Positions 52,457 through 61,570 of a stretch of 64,000 nt of DNA are shown one piece after another (within the stretch, counting starts at the first letter, position 1; every line of letters begins with the position of its first letter). This DNA is from Anaerolineales bacterium. Its GTDB lineage: Bacteria; Chloroflexota; Anaerolineae; Anaerolineales; DRKV01. The translations under genes and the position numbers were made by a program. The notes beneath the pieces are model-generated. The model was not told where the DNA came from, did no database searches, and worked only from the letters and a program-made list of their open reading frames with translations. Where the stretch lies: assembly GCA_024763355.1 (NCBI GenBank), contig JANTFR010000001.1:6259-70258 (forward strand), given 5' to 3'.

Positions 52457-54145
52457 ATGAACCAACTCGCCTACATCATCGGCGGGGGACTGAAAGAGAA
52501 CTTTCGCGCCCGCCTCAACGTCTCACCGCAGGAAGTACAGGAGGGGGCTTTTGTCGTCATCGAGAGCGGGGAATGGCTGTTCTACGGGCTAGTCACCGAC
52601 ATCCAGTTGGGGGCCACCGACCCTCGTTTTGCGGATGAGCAAACCGAAGACCGCCTGCCCCCCGTGCTGGCGCGCGCCCTCCACGGGCAGACCCTCTACA
52701 CCAATCTGGAAATTCTGCCCGCCCTGATGCTGGAACGCGGTCCGCAGGAGGAGGCGGCATTTGCCCGCTGGCTGGATGAAATCGAGAGCGGCTTGCGGGA
52801 GAAGCCGCGCCCCATGCCGGTCAAGACCGTCCCGCCGCACCACGCGCCCGTGCGCCTGGCAACCGAGGGCGACATCGCCGAAATTTTCGGCAAGGCCGAG
52901 AAGAGCAACTTCGTCATCGGGCACACCCGCGAGCAGGGACATCCTGTGCGCGTCAACCTGGAGAAGTTCGTCCAGCGTTCCGCCGGCATCTTCGGGGCCA
53001 CCGGCACGGGCAAATCCTTTCTGACGCGTCTCGTCCTGGCGGGGTTGATGAAGCACAACGTGGCCTCCGTGCTGGTCTTCGACATGCACAACGAATACGG
53101 CTTCGACGACACCGCCTCGGATACGGGAGCGCGGGTCGTCGGGCTGCGTACCAAATTCCGGAGCAAGGTGCGCGTCGTCGGGCTGGGGGCGGGAGCCACC
53201 ATCCGGGGGCAGGTTCCCGATTTCAACCTGGAAATCCCGATGAGCGCCATCCGCCCGGCGGATATCGAGATGCTGACGCGGGAACTCAATCTCAAAGAGA
53301 CCACCCCTACCACGCTGGAAGCCCTGGTGCATACCTTCGGGGCGCAGGGCTGGTTCAAGGCCTTCAAGGAAATGACCACCGAAGTGTGGACGGAGGAGGA
53401 AACAGGCAAGAAATTCCCCGCGCCGGGCAGCGTGGCAGCCTGGGCCAACAAGCACGGCGTCAACGTGATGGCTGCCGAGGGGCTGCACAGCAAATTGCGC
53501 CGCCTGTTCAACAAACCCTACATCGTGGAAAACCCCGCCAGCGACGGCATCGCCGAGGTGATTAAGGCCCTGGAGGCCGGGCAGCACGTCATCCTCTCCT
53601 TCGGTAAACACGAGAGCGACCTGGATTACCTCCTGGTCAGTAACCTGCTGACCCGACACATCCGCGAGCGCTGGGAGCAGACCACCAACCGCTTCCGCAC
53701 CCACGGAGAGCAGGAGCCGCGTCCACTGGTGATTGCCGTCGAGGAGGCCCACAAACTGCTCAATCGCGAGATGGCCGCCCAGACGACTTTCAGCACGATT
53801 GCCCGCGAACTGCGCAAGTACTACGTCACCCTGCTGATTATTGACCAGCGCCCCTCGCAGATTTACGACGAGGTCATGTCCCAACTGGGGACGCGCATCT
53901 CCGGCTGGCTGGGGGACGAGGACGACATCCGGGCGGTGCTCTCCGGCCTGGCAGGACGGGATGCCCTGCGGGGGATGCTGGCGCGTTTGCAGCCCAAGGA
54001 GGAAGTCCTGCTCCTGGGGTGGGGCGTCCCCATGCCGCTGCCGGTGCGCTCCCGCCGCTACGACGATGCCTTTTGGAAGGAATTACTGGGGGGGAAAAGC
54101 GGGGGAGATACGGTGGGGAAAACGATAAAGGAATTAGGGTTCTAA
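52457..54145 (+). CDS. HerA/FtsK-like (DUF87-type) P-loop ATPase
   Basis: Walker A GIFGATGTGKSFLTRLVLAG, Walker B-like PLVIAVEEAHKLL, YYVTLLIIDQRPSQI. Start at MNQLAYIIGGG (ATG 52457); the track ORF start at 52199 reads through the repeat array. Confidence 0.75.
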   Translation: MNQLAYIIGGGLKENFRARLNVSPQEVQEGAFVVIESGEWLFYGLVTDIQLGATDPRFADEQTEDRLPPVLARALHGQTLYTNLEILPALMLERGPQEEAAFARWLDEIESGLREKPRPMPVKTVPPHHAPVRLATEGDIAEIFGKAEKSNFVIGHTREQGHPVRVNLEKFVQRSAGIFGATGTGKSFLTRLVLAGLMKHNVASVLVFDMHNEYGFDDTASDTGARVVGLRTKFRSKVRVVGLGAGATIRGQVPDFNLEIPMSAIRPADIEMLTRELNLKETTPTTLEALVHTFGAQGWFKAFKEMTTEVWTEEETGKKFPAPGSVAAWANKHGVNVMAAEGLHSKLRRLFNKPYIVENPASDGIAEVIKALEAGQHVILSFGKHESDLDYLLVSNLLTRHIRERWEQTTNRFRTHGEQEPRPLVIAVEEAHKLLNREMAAQTTFSTIARELRKYYVTLLIIDQRPSQIYDEVMSQLGTRISGWLGDEDDIRAVLSGLAGRDALRGMLARLQPKEEVLLLGWGVPMPLPVRSRRYDDAFWKELLGGKSGGDTVGKTIKELGF

Positions 54146-54251
54146 TGCGCTCAGAACCTGTAAGCGCAGGCAGGCGCGCTTACCCCGTCGCCGGTTTCTC
54201 CCTCGTCAGGTCGGAGAATTCCGAATCTTTTCTCACTTTCAAGTAGTTTGT

Positions 54252-54257
54252 TACAAT
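54252..54257 (+). promoter_or_regulatory. -10 box TACAAT exactly 6 nt upstream of the methyltransferase ATG (leaderless mRNA predicted)
   Basis: GTTTGTTACAATCAAGGCATG; no SD. Confidence 0.45.
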
Positions 54258-54263
54258 CAAGGC

Positions 54264-55136
54264 ATGAACGAACCAATCATCCGCCCGCTGCTTGGTGACT
54301 GCCGCGAGGTGCTCCGTACCCTGGACGACGAATCGATTGACCTGATTGTTACTTCGCCGCCCTACGCCGACCAGCGCAAAAACACCTACGGGGGCATCCA
54401 TCCCGACGATTATGTGGCCTGGTTCCTGCCGATTGCGGCGGAATTGCAACGCGTCCTCAAACCCACGGGAACTTTCATCCTGAACATCAAAGAACGCGTT
54501 GTCAAGGGGGAACGCCACACCTACGTCCTCGAGTTGATACTTGCCATGCGCCGCCAGGGGTGGCTCTGGACGGAAGAATTCATCTGGCACAAAAAGAATT
54601 CCTACCCCGGCAAGTGGCCTAATCGTTTTCGGGATGCCTGGGAACGCTTGCTGCAATTCAACAAACAACGGCAGTTCCACATGTACCAGGAAGCCGTGAT
54701 GGTACCCATGGGGGACTGGGCCAGGAAACGCCTCAAGAATCTGAGCGATACGGACAAAATTCGGGACGAATCACGGGCCGGCAGCGGCTTTGGGAAACGG
54801 GTTGCCAACTGGGTGGGACGCGAGAAGGTGTATCCCACCAACGTCCTGCACATGGCTACCGAGACACGCAACCGCAACCACAGCGCGGCTTTCCCCGAAG
54901 CGCTTCCGGCATGGTTTATCAAACTGTTTACTCAGGAGGGCGACTGGGTGCTGGACCCCTTCATGGGTTCCGGCACAACTCTGCGGGCGGCGTACCGCCT
55001 GCGCCGCAACGCGATTGGGATTGACATCATGGAAACCTATTACGAGCAGGTCAAGGCCAGTTTGAAAGACCTGCAAACCCCACAACTCTCCCTTTTCGAG
55101 GCACAGGAAGCCTATGAACCCCCTCGACCTGAATGA
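54264..55136 (+). CDS. Beta-class DNA methyltransferase (N4-cytosine or N6-adenine; SPPY suggests m4C)
   Basis: Motif IV DLIVTSPPYADQR near the N-terminus and motif I VLDPFMGSGTTLRAA near the C-terminus (IV-before-I order). Confidence 0.85.
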   Translation: MNEPIIRPLLGDCREVLRTLDDESIDLIVTSPPYADQRKNTYGGIHPDDYVAWFLPIAAELQRVLKPTGTFILNIKERVVKGERHTYVLELILAMRRQGWLWTEEFIWHKKNSYPGKWPNRFRDAWERLLQFNKQRQFHMYQEAVMVPMGDWARKRLKNLSDTDKIRDESRAGSGFGKRVANWVGREKVYPTNVLHMATETRNRNHSAAFPEALPAWFIKLFTQEGDWVLDPFMGSGTTLRAAYRLRRNAIGIDIMETYYEQVKASLKDLQTPQLSLFEAQEAYEPPRPE

Positions 55137-55842
55137 TGTGCGCGATTTCGTGGCCGAAAACATTGGAGCCTTCCACAACCGCCGCCTGGAAAGACTCCAA
55201 TCCCTGCAACTCCGGCAAATTCTGAAGCGTAAGAACCCGTACCTGTTCCGCGCCAAGAACATCGATACCTCCCAAGCACTGGTAAGGGAGTTGCTGGACG
55301 CGCATCTCTCCTCGCAAGAGGAAACCATCTTCGGCCAATTTCTGGAAGAATTAGCCGTTTTCGTATGTCAGCGCGTTTACGGTGGACGAAAATCCACCGC
55401 CGAAGGGATTGACCTGGAATTCGAGAAGGACGGCGTGTACTACATCGTGGCCGTCAAGTCCGGCCCCAACTGGGGCAACAGCAGCCAGATTGCCCGCATG
55501 AAAAACAACTTCAAACAGGCCCGCCGGCGGCTGCGTCAAAACCGGCAAATGGGCAATGTCGTGGCCGTCAACGGGTGCTGTTACGGAAAAGACAACAAGC
55601 CGGACAAAGGCGATTACCTGAAATTGTGCGGGCAGCGCTTTTGGGAGTTCATTTCCGGCAACGACCGTCTCTACCTCGAAATCATCGAGCCGTTGGGGCA
55701 CCAGGCGGAAGAGCGCAACGCGGCTTTTCGGCGGGAATACGCCCGCATCGTCAACCTGTTCACAATGGACTTCGGAGCCGAATTCTGCACCGAAGGTCTG
55801 ATTGACTGGGAAAAACTGGTGCGTTTCAATTCTGCCCTCTGA
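55114..55842 (+). CDS. Putative type II restriction endonuclease (TdeIII/PmeII-like by recollection)
   Basis: 23-nt overlap with the methyltransferase gene. LKRKNPYLFRAKN, GIDLEFEKDGVYYIVAVKSGPNWGNSSQ (candidate D..ExK nuclease core). Family name is from memory only. Confidence 0.55.
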   Translation: MNPLDLNDVRDFVAENIGAFHNRRLERLQSLQLRQILKRKNPYLFRAKNIDTSQALVRELLDAHLSSQEETIFGQFLEELAVFVCQRVYGGRKSTAEGIDLEFEKDGVYYIVAVKSGPNWGNSSQIARMKNNFKQARRRLRQNRQMGNVVAVNGCCYGKDNKPDKGDYLKLCGQRFWEFISGNDRLYLEIIEPLGHQAEERNAAFRREYARIVNLFTMDFGAEFCTEGLIDWEKLVRFNSAL

Positions 55843-55876
55843 CTGTCCATCTCCCTTCATAGGAGACACCAAAACC

Positions 55877-56695
55877 ATGAAGACTTACCCTCTCCCCGAC
55901 GGCACCTCCCTTCCCCCCCTGGGGCTGGGAACCTGGCGCATGGGCGGCGGGATGAACGCCGATACATCCCGCGACGCCGAGGTGCTGGAGGCTTTGCGTT
56001 ACGCTCTCCAAATCGGCTACCGCCATTTCGATACTGCCGAAATCTACGGCAACGGGCACGCCGAAGAACTTCTCGGACGGGCGCTGCGCGAGAGCGGCAT
56101 CCCGCGGGAGGAAATTTTCATCACCTCCAAAATCTGGCCCAACCACCTGACCTACGACGGAACGCGGCGCGCCTGCGAGGGCAGTTTGCGCCGCCTGGGA
56201 ACGGATTATCTCGACCTGTACCTCATCCACTGGCCGCCCTCTTTGCCGCTGGAAGATGGTTTTCGCGCCCTCAACGCCCTCGTGCGGGAGGAACGGGTGC
56301 GTTACCTGGGGGTCAGCAATTTCGATGTGCCCCTCATGCGCCGCGCCGAGGCCCTCAGCGAGACGCCTCTGCTGACCAACCAGGTTCCGTACAGCCTCTT
56401 CAACCGCGATTACGCCCGCAACGGGGTACTGAAGCACTGCCAGGAGCACGGCATCCTGCTAACGGCCTACACCCCGCTGGAAAAAGGCCGGCTGGCGAAT
56501 TCTCCCGTCCTGGCTTCGATTGCCGCGGCCCGCGGGGCCACTCCCGCCCAGATTGCGCTGGCCTGGCTGCTGGCACAGCCCGGCGTGATTACCATCCCAA
56601 AGGCGGTGCAGCGCCGCCATCTGGAGGAGAATTTGGCCGCGGCGGACATCCAACTCACCCCCGAAGAAATGCGCGCTCTGGACGCGCTGGCCTGA
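55877..56695 (+). CDS. Aldo/keto reductase
   Basis: LGLGTWRMGG, HFDTAEIYGNG, DLYLIHWP. Start at the internal MKTYPLPDG with SD AGGAGA. Confidence 0.85.
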   Translation: MKTYPLPDGTSLPPLGLGTWRMGGGMNADTSRDAEVLEALRYALQIGYRHFDTAEIYGNGHAEELLGRALRESGIPREEIFITSKIWPNHLTYDGTRRACEGSLRRLGTDYLDLYLIHWPPSLPLEDGFRALNALVREERVRYLGVSNFDVPLMRRAEALSETPLLTNQVPYSLFNRDYARNGVLKHCQEHGILLTAYTPLEKGRLANSPVLASIAAARGATPAQIALAWLLAQPGVITIPKAVQRRHLEENLAAADIQLTPEEMRALDALA

Positions 56696-56704
56696 GGAAA
56701 ACTC

Positions 56705-57610
56705 GTGAGTGCTCAGAAATCACATCCCATAGAAGTGCGCGTCCCGGCGACGACCGCCAACCTGGGTCCGGGCTTCGACAGCCTGGCGCTGGCGCTGGAC
56801 TTATGGAACAAGACGCGCTTCACCCTCAGCGATACACCGGGGGTGCACTGCGAGATTACGGGGGAGGGGGCCGGCAATCTCCCCAAAGGGGAGGAGAACC
56901 TAATTTGGCGCGCCCTCACCCGTCTGTACGCCGAGGCAGGCGCGGCGCCGCCATCCGGGGTGCGGATTGCCTGTGAAAACGGTATCCCTCTGGGGTCCGG
57001 GCTGGGTTCCAGCGCCGCCGCGGTGGTGAGTGGTCTCCTGGGGGGCAACGCCCTCCTGGGGGAACCGTTCTCCCCGCGGGACATCATCCGCCTGGCGGCC
57101 TCCATCGAGGGACATCCCGACAACGCCGCCGCGGCCCTGCTCGGCGGGCTGGTGATTGTCAGCGAAAAACATCTGCGGCAAGTGCCCATTCCTCCCTGGG
57201 CGGTGGTGTACGTCCTCCCGCAGGTGAAATTCTCGACGGAGCAGGCGCGGGCCGCCCTCCCCGCGCAGGTGACGTTTTCCGCCGCGGCGGAGAGCATCGG
57301 GCGCGCCCTGCTGGTCGTGGAAGCCCTGCGAGACCGGGATTTGCCCCTCCTGCGGGAGGCCACCCGCGACGTACTGCACCAGCCTTACCGCCTGCCGCAC
57401 CTCCCCGGCATGGAGGCCGCCCTGGAGGCCGCCCGGCAGGCAGGCGGAGCGGCCGCCCTCTCCGGGGCAGGGCCGGGGATGGTCGTCTTCTGCGAGAGAA
57501 GGCAGACCGCCGCCATCGCAGAGGCCGCCCAGGCCGCTTTCCGCGCCGCCGGTGTGGAGAGCCGCGTCTGGCTGCTGCGCGATTCGGCCCAGGGAGCGAT
57601 TGTGGTATAG
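56705..57610 (+). CDS. thrB: Homoserine kinase
   Basis: VRVPATTANLGPGFDSLALAL and the GHMP motif GIPLGSGLGSSAAAVV. GTG start. Confidence 0.85.
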   Translation: MSAQKSHPIEVRVPATTANLGPGFDSLALALDLWNKTRFTLSDTPGVHCEITGEGAGNLPKGEENLIWRALTRLYAEAGAAPPSGVRIACENGIPLGSGLGSSAAAVVSGLLGGNALLGEPFSPRDIIRLAASIEGHPDNAAAALLGGLVIVSEKHLRQVPIPPWAVVYVLPQVKFSTEQARAALPAQVTFSAAAESIGRALLVVEALRDRDLPLLREATRDVLHQPYRLPHLPGMEAALEAARQAGGAAALSGAGPGMVVFCERRQTAAIAEAAQAAFRAAGVESRVWLLRDSAQGAIVV

Positions 57611-57621
57611 TGGACGTATGC

Positions 57622-57654
57622 AGACCTCACAGGTCTGAGAGACCTGTGAGGTCT
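57622..57654. repeat. Palindromic hairpin element, copy 2 (AGACCTCACAGGTCT-gag-AGACCTGTGAGGTCT)
   Basis: Perfect 15-bp inverted repeat 12 nt after the thrB stop and 17 nt before the response-regulator ATG. Could act as a terminator/attenuator, but has no U-tract. Confidence 0.9.
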
Positions 57655-57671
57655 CCTCAAAGGAGAATGCC

Positions 57672-58349
57672 ATGGGCACCAGAATTCTGGTTATCGAAGA
57701 TGACGAGGCCATCGTCCGTTTTGTGCGCCGGGGGCTGTCGTATGAAAATTACGAAGTGGAGGTAGCCACCGACGGGTTGACCGGCCTGCAAAAGGCCCAG
57801 CAAGACCCGCCCGACCTGGTGGTGCTGGATTTGATGCTCCCCGGCCTGGACGGGATGGAGGTCTGCCGCCGGCTGCGGGCAGGCAGCAACGTGCCCATCC
57901 TGATTTTGACGGCGCGGGATTCGGTCAACGACCGCGTTATGGGGCTGGATATGGGCGCGGACGATTACATGGTCAAACCCTTCAATCTGGACGAACTCCT
58001 GGCGCGCATCCGCGCCCTCCTGCGGCGCACCAAGCCCGCCGTCCCCCAGGTGCTGCGCTTTGCCGACCTGGAACTGGATACCGGCACGCGGCAGGCGCGG
58101 CGCGGCGAGCGTACCATTTCCCTGACCTCCAAAGAATACGACCTGCTGGAGTTGTTTCTCCTCCACCCCCGTCAGGTGCTGACCCGGGATTTCATCTTCG
58201 ACCGCGTCTGGGGCTACGATTTCGGCGGGGCCAGCAACATCATCGAAGTGTACATGCGCTATCTGCGGCAAAAACTGGAAGAAGGGGGCGAGCCGCGCCT
58301 GCTCCATACCGTGCGGGGGGTAGGTTACGTGCTGAGGGAACCCGACTAG
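57672..58349 (+). CDS. OmpR/PhoB-family response regulator
   Basis: [31 protein letters not shown], and a winged-helix C-terminus [19 protein letters not shown]. Confidence 0.9.
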   Translation: MGTRILVIEDDEAIVRFVRRGLSYENYEVEVATDGLTGLQKAQQDPPDLVVLDLMLPGLDGMEVCRRLRAGSNVPILILTARDSVNDRVMGLDMGADDYMVKPFNLDELLARIRALLRRTKPAVPQVLRFADLELDTGTRQARRGERTISLTSKEYDLLELFLLHPRQVLTRDFIFDRVWGYDFGGASNIIEVYMRYLRQKLEEGGEPRLLHTVRGVGYVLREPD

Positions 58350-59759
58350 ATGACGCTGCGCTCCCGCTTCACCCTGCTCTACACGCTGCTCCTGGGCGGG
58401 TTGCAATTGGTACTCGGCATCGTCCTTTACCAGGTCATCTCCGGAACCATCTTGCAGCAGGTGGATGACGTTTTGCTGGATACCTCCCAACGGGTAGTCC
58501 GCTACATCAACGCTACCGCCGCGCAGCCCCTCACCGCCGCATCTTTCGAGCCGCTAGAGCAGGAACTGGAAACGGAGCGCACCGGCATCAGCAGCATCCA
58601 ATTGTGGGGAACATCCGAAACGCTCATCTGGGCCTGGCCGCGGCGCATCGGGCCGCTGGTCAAACCCCTTTCGCGCCCCGCGCTCTACGCCAACCGCTCG
58701 GAATTCGTCTCGGCCACCTTGAACGGGGAACGCCTGCGGGTGCTCTCCCTCGTTCTGCGGCGCGGCGGCGAACCTTTCGGGGTGCTCCAAATCGGGATGG
58801 GGCTGACCTTTTTGGAGCGGTTGCGCTCTTCGGTTTTGCAGATTCTCCTCTTGTGGAGCATAATTACCGCTTTGGGAGCCGGCCTGATTGTGTGGTTCGC
58901 CACCCAAAGGCTGCTCGCCCCCGTGGAAAGCGTCACCCGCGTCGCCTTGCAAATCACCCGCGCTGACGACCTTTCCCGGCGCATCCCCCCCTACGGGCTG
59001 CCGCCCAACGATGAAATCGGCCAGTTGATTATGGCCTTCAACCAGACTCTGGAGCGCCTGGAACGCCTGTTCCTTGTCCAGCGGCGCTTTCTGGCCGACG
59101 TGAGCCACGAACTGCGGACTCCCCTGACGGTCATCAAGGGCAACGTGGCCCTCCTGCGCCGCCTCCCTGGGCAGGATGTGGAATCGCTGGACAGCATCGA
59201 AAACGAAGTTGACCGTCTCACCCGGCTGGTGGGCGATTTGCTGGTGCTCTCCCGCGCCGAGAGCGGCAATCTGCCCCTGACGCGCACGCCCACCGAACTC
59301 GATGCCCTGGTGCTGGAGGTCATCGGCGAATTGCAGGTGCTGGCGAAAGACCACGTGCGCCTGGAAATCGGGGATTTCGACCAGGTGCAGGTATGCGCAG
59401 ACCGCGACCGTCTCAAACAGGTTCTCGTCAACCTGGTGGGCAACGCCCTGCGCTACACGCCGGCGGGCGGCACGGTGCGCGTGGGCATCGGCAAAAGTGA
59501 AGGGCAGGCGCACCTCAGCGTGCAGGATAGCGGCCCCGGCATCGCTCCCGAAGATTTGCCCCACATTTTCGAGCGTTTTTATCGGGCGGAGAAGGCCCGG
59601 ACGCGCGGCAAAGACGGGCAGGGATTCGGCCTGGGACTTTCCATCGCCTATTGGATTGTGCGCGCCCACGAAGGCCGCATTACAGTGGATTCTCGTCCCG
59701 GAGAGGGCACCACCTTTCACATCTGGTTGCCCCTCTCCCACCCCGATTGTGCTACCTGA
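58350..59759 (+). CDS. Sensor histidine kinase (2 TM + HAMP + HisKA + HATPase_c)
   Basis: H-box FLADVSHELRTPLTVIKGN, N-box LVGNALRYTP, G1 VQDSGPGI, G2 GFGLGLSIAYWIV. Starts immediately after the regulator stop. Confidence 0.9.
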   Translation: MTLRSRFTLLYTLLLGGLQLVLGIVLYQVISGTILQQVDDVLLDTSQRVVRYINATAAQPLTAASFEPLEQELETERTGISSIQLWGTSETLIWAWPRRIGPLVKPLSRPALYANRSEFVSATLNGERLRVLSLVLRRGGEPFGVLQIGMGLTFLERLRSSVLQILLLWSIITALGAGLIVWFATQRLLAPVESVTRVALQITRADDLSRRIPPYGLPPNDEIGQLIMAFNQTLERLERLFLVQRRFLADVSHELRTPLTVIKGNVALLRRLPGQDVESLDSIENEVDRLTRLVGDLLVLSRAESGNLPLTRTPTELDALVLEVIGELQVLAKDHVRLEIGDFDQVQVCADRDRLKQVLVNLVGNALRYTPAGGTVRVGIGKSEGQAHLSVQDSGPGIAPEDLPHIFERFYRAEKARTRGKDGQGFGLGLSIAYWIVRAHEGRITVDSRPGEGTTFHIWLPLSHPDCAT

Positions 59760-60585
59760 CCCCCAAAACGTTCCGCGCCTGTGCACACAGGCTGGCGCCC
59801 CCTGCATTCAACCACTCTTGCAGGCGGGCGCTTTGCTTTTTCCCGGCCCGCGCGTCGGCATAGATGCCCGCTCCCCAGTAAACGTAACGGACGGTTTCCG
59901 CCGCCCACAGCGATTCGGGACGGCTGGCCCCCCCGATGCCGCCGTTGTACCCGGCCAGCGCCAGCCGGGCCTCTTGCCCAAAGGCATCCAGGGCGCGGCG
60001 CAGATACCCCATCCCCCGCAAAGCATTGATATCCGGGTCGTAGGGGTTTTCTCCGCTCTTGAAGTGGAACGGCATGACCTGAAACAGCCCCATCGCTCCG
60101 GCGCGAGAAGTGGCCTGCGGGTTGCCGCAGGATTCAATCTGCATCACCGTGGCAACCAGATTGGGGTCCATGTCCCACTGGCGTGCCCAGCGCAGGATGT
60201 CCTTCTTCCAGTATTGCACTTCGGGGGTGAAGAGAGGGGCCAAATTTTTCTTCTTCCCGCCGGGAGCGGCCTCCGCCTCCGGTGAGGGCGCCTGTGCCGC
60301 AACAACGGCTGCTGCTTGTTTCTGTGCGGCGGGAGCAGGCGTAGCCGCGGGGAAAAAGGCGTACACGAAGAAAGCCAGCAATCCCCCAAAGAAGAGCACT
60401 AGCGCAGGCGGGAGCAGGACGGGGAACAAGAAAATCCCGTCTTCGGAGGCGTACCAGGGGAAAGATGCCCCCTCGTCGTATTCCTCCGAAAGGAGATAGG
60501 TTTCCTCCCAGGTTTCTGCTCCCCAATCCGGCGGATATTCGACCGCAGGGAGGAAATCAGCCTCCCAAAATTCGTTCTCAGGCAT
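59752..60585 (-). CDS. Membrane-anchored lytic transglycosylase (SLT domain)
   Basis: VMQIESCGNPQATSRAGAMGLFQVMPFHF (catalytic E-S region + GLMQ-like motif) and N-terminal TM FLFPVLLPPALVLFFGGLLAFFVYAFF. I prefer ATG 60585 over GTG 60615. Confidence 0.8.
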   Translation of the reverse strand: MPENEFWEADFLPAVEYPPDWGAETWEETYLLSEEYDEGASFPWYASEDGIFLFPVLLPPALVLFFGGLLAFFVYAFFPAATPAPAAQKQAAAVVAAQAPSPEAEAAPGGKKKNLAPLFTPEVQYWKKDILRWARQWDMDPNLVATVMQIESCGNPQATSRAGAMGLFQVMPFHFKSGENPYDPDINALRGMGYLRRALDAFGQEARLALAGYNGGIGGASRPESLWAAETVRYVYWGAGIYADARAGKKQSARLQEWLNAGGASLCAQARNVLGVR

Positions 60586-60629
60586 CGGGTGAACCCTTGC
60601 GCGACGCTCGAACACCTTAGTCGCCGTCG

Positions 60630-60667
60630 AGTCCTCACAGGTCTATCAAGGCAGACCTGTGAGGACT
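60630..60667. repeat. Palindromic hairpin element, copy 3 (AGTCCTCACAGGTCT-atcaaggc-AGACCTGTGAGGACT)
   Basis: 15-bp perfect stem. Relative to copies 1 and 2 the A>T change in the left arm is matched by T>A in the right arm (compensatory). Lies between the membrane-protein gene and the SLT gene. Confidence 0.9.
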
Positions 60668-60694
60668 GTCAGGGAGAGGAAAGGGAGCGGCACA

Positions 60695-61447
60695 TCATCG
60701 GCGGTATTGCCCCCGGCCTTCCGGCGCACTCATCGAGACGGGATGATAGGTCGGTTCGGGGCGGGTGTATCCGCCGTCCAGGGGGGCATATTCGGGTTCA
60801 TCCCGATATTGCTGCCTGCGAGCAGCCGCTTTGGGCGCTGGGCGGAAAGAAGTCGCTGCGGCAGGCTTCGGGCGGCGGGTCGTCGCCGGAGAGGGGCGGT
60901 AGGTGCCGCGTCCGCTCCTCGGAGCGTAGGAAGAACGCGTCGCGTTCTTTTCCGCCTGGCTGAAGAGGCGGTCTCCCGCCACAGAAAAGGTGCCGATGAT
61001 AAGCACCCGGATGAGCCACACCATGATAGCCACGAAGACGGGCACGACCTTGAGCAGAGTCTGGCGGGCAATGACCGCATTTCCCAGCGTCTCATGGTTG
61101 AGGATGGCAATGGAAACGCCCCACCAGGTCAGCATGGCGTTCATGGCGGCGGCCAGCAGCCAGGCGCCGAAGAGATACCAAACTTCGGTGGGTTCATCCG
61201 CCCCTTGTTCGGGGGTAAAAATGCGGGCGATACCGGCGAAATCGATGCCGCAAAAGGCAATTGCCAGGATGCTGGACCAGCGCAGACCGGCAAAACTCAA
61301 TTCACCGAGCAAATCGCCGAGGGCAAACTGGGTGGTACTGAAGTTGAAAATTTCAAACGCCAGCAGCGCAGCGATGATGAGCAGACCGAACAGCAAGCCG
61401 CGCTGGAGTCGCAGATGGGCAAAAGATGCAGGGAGAGCGCGATTCAT
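60695..61447 (-). CDS. Hypothetical 4-TM membrane protein with basic/Pro-rich disordered C-tail
   Basis: TM segments (LLFGLLIIAALLAFEIF; ILAIAFCGIDFAGIA; WYLFGAWLLAAAMNAMLTWW; VVPVFVAIMVWLIRVLIIG), then RSSYAPRSGRGTYRPSPATTRRPKP.... SD GGAGG. No family recognised. Confidence 0.6.
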   Translation of the reverse strand: MNRALPASFAHLRLQRGLLFGLLIIAALLAFEIFNFSTTQFALGDLLGELSFAGLRWSSILAIAFCGIDFAGIARIFTPEQGADEPTEVWYLFGAWLLAAAMNAMLTWWGVSIAILNHETLGNAVIARQTLLKVVPVFVAIMVWLIRVLIIGTFSVAGDRLFSQAEKNATRSSYAPRSGRGTYRPSPATTRRPKPAAATSFRPAPKAAARRQQYRDEPEYAPLDGGYTRPEPTYHPVSMSAPEGRGQYRR

Positions 61448-61570
61448 GGGAAACCTCCAAAAGGGGGATTTGCGAGGACCGGAAAAGGCGGCAAATCCAA
61501 AACGGCTGAGAAAATCTCGGCGCGCAGGTACCTGAAAGTACGGTTTTCAGGGCATTGCAATGGCAAGCAC

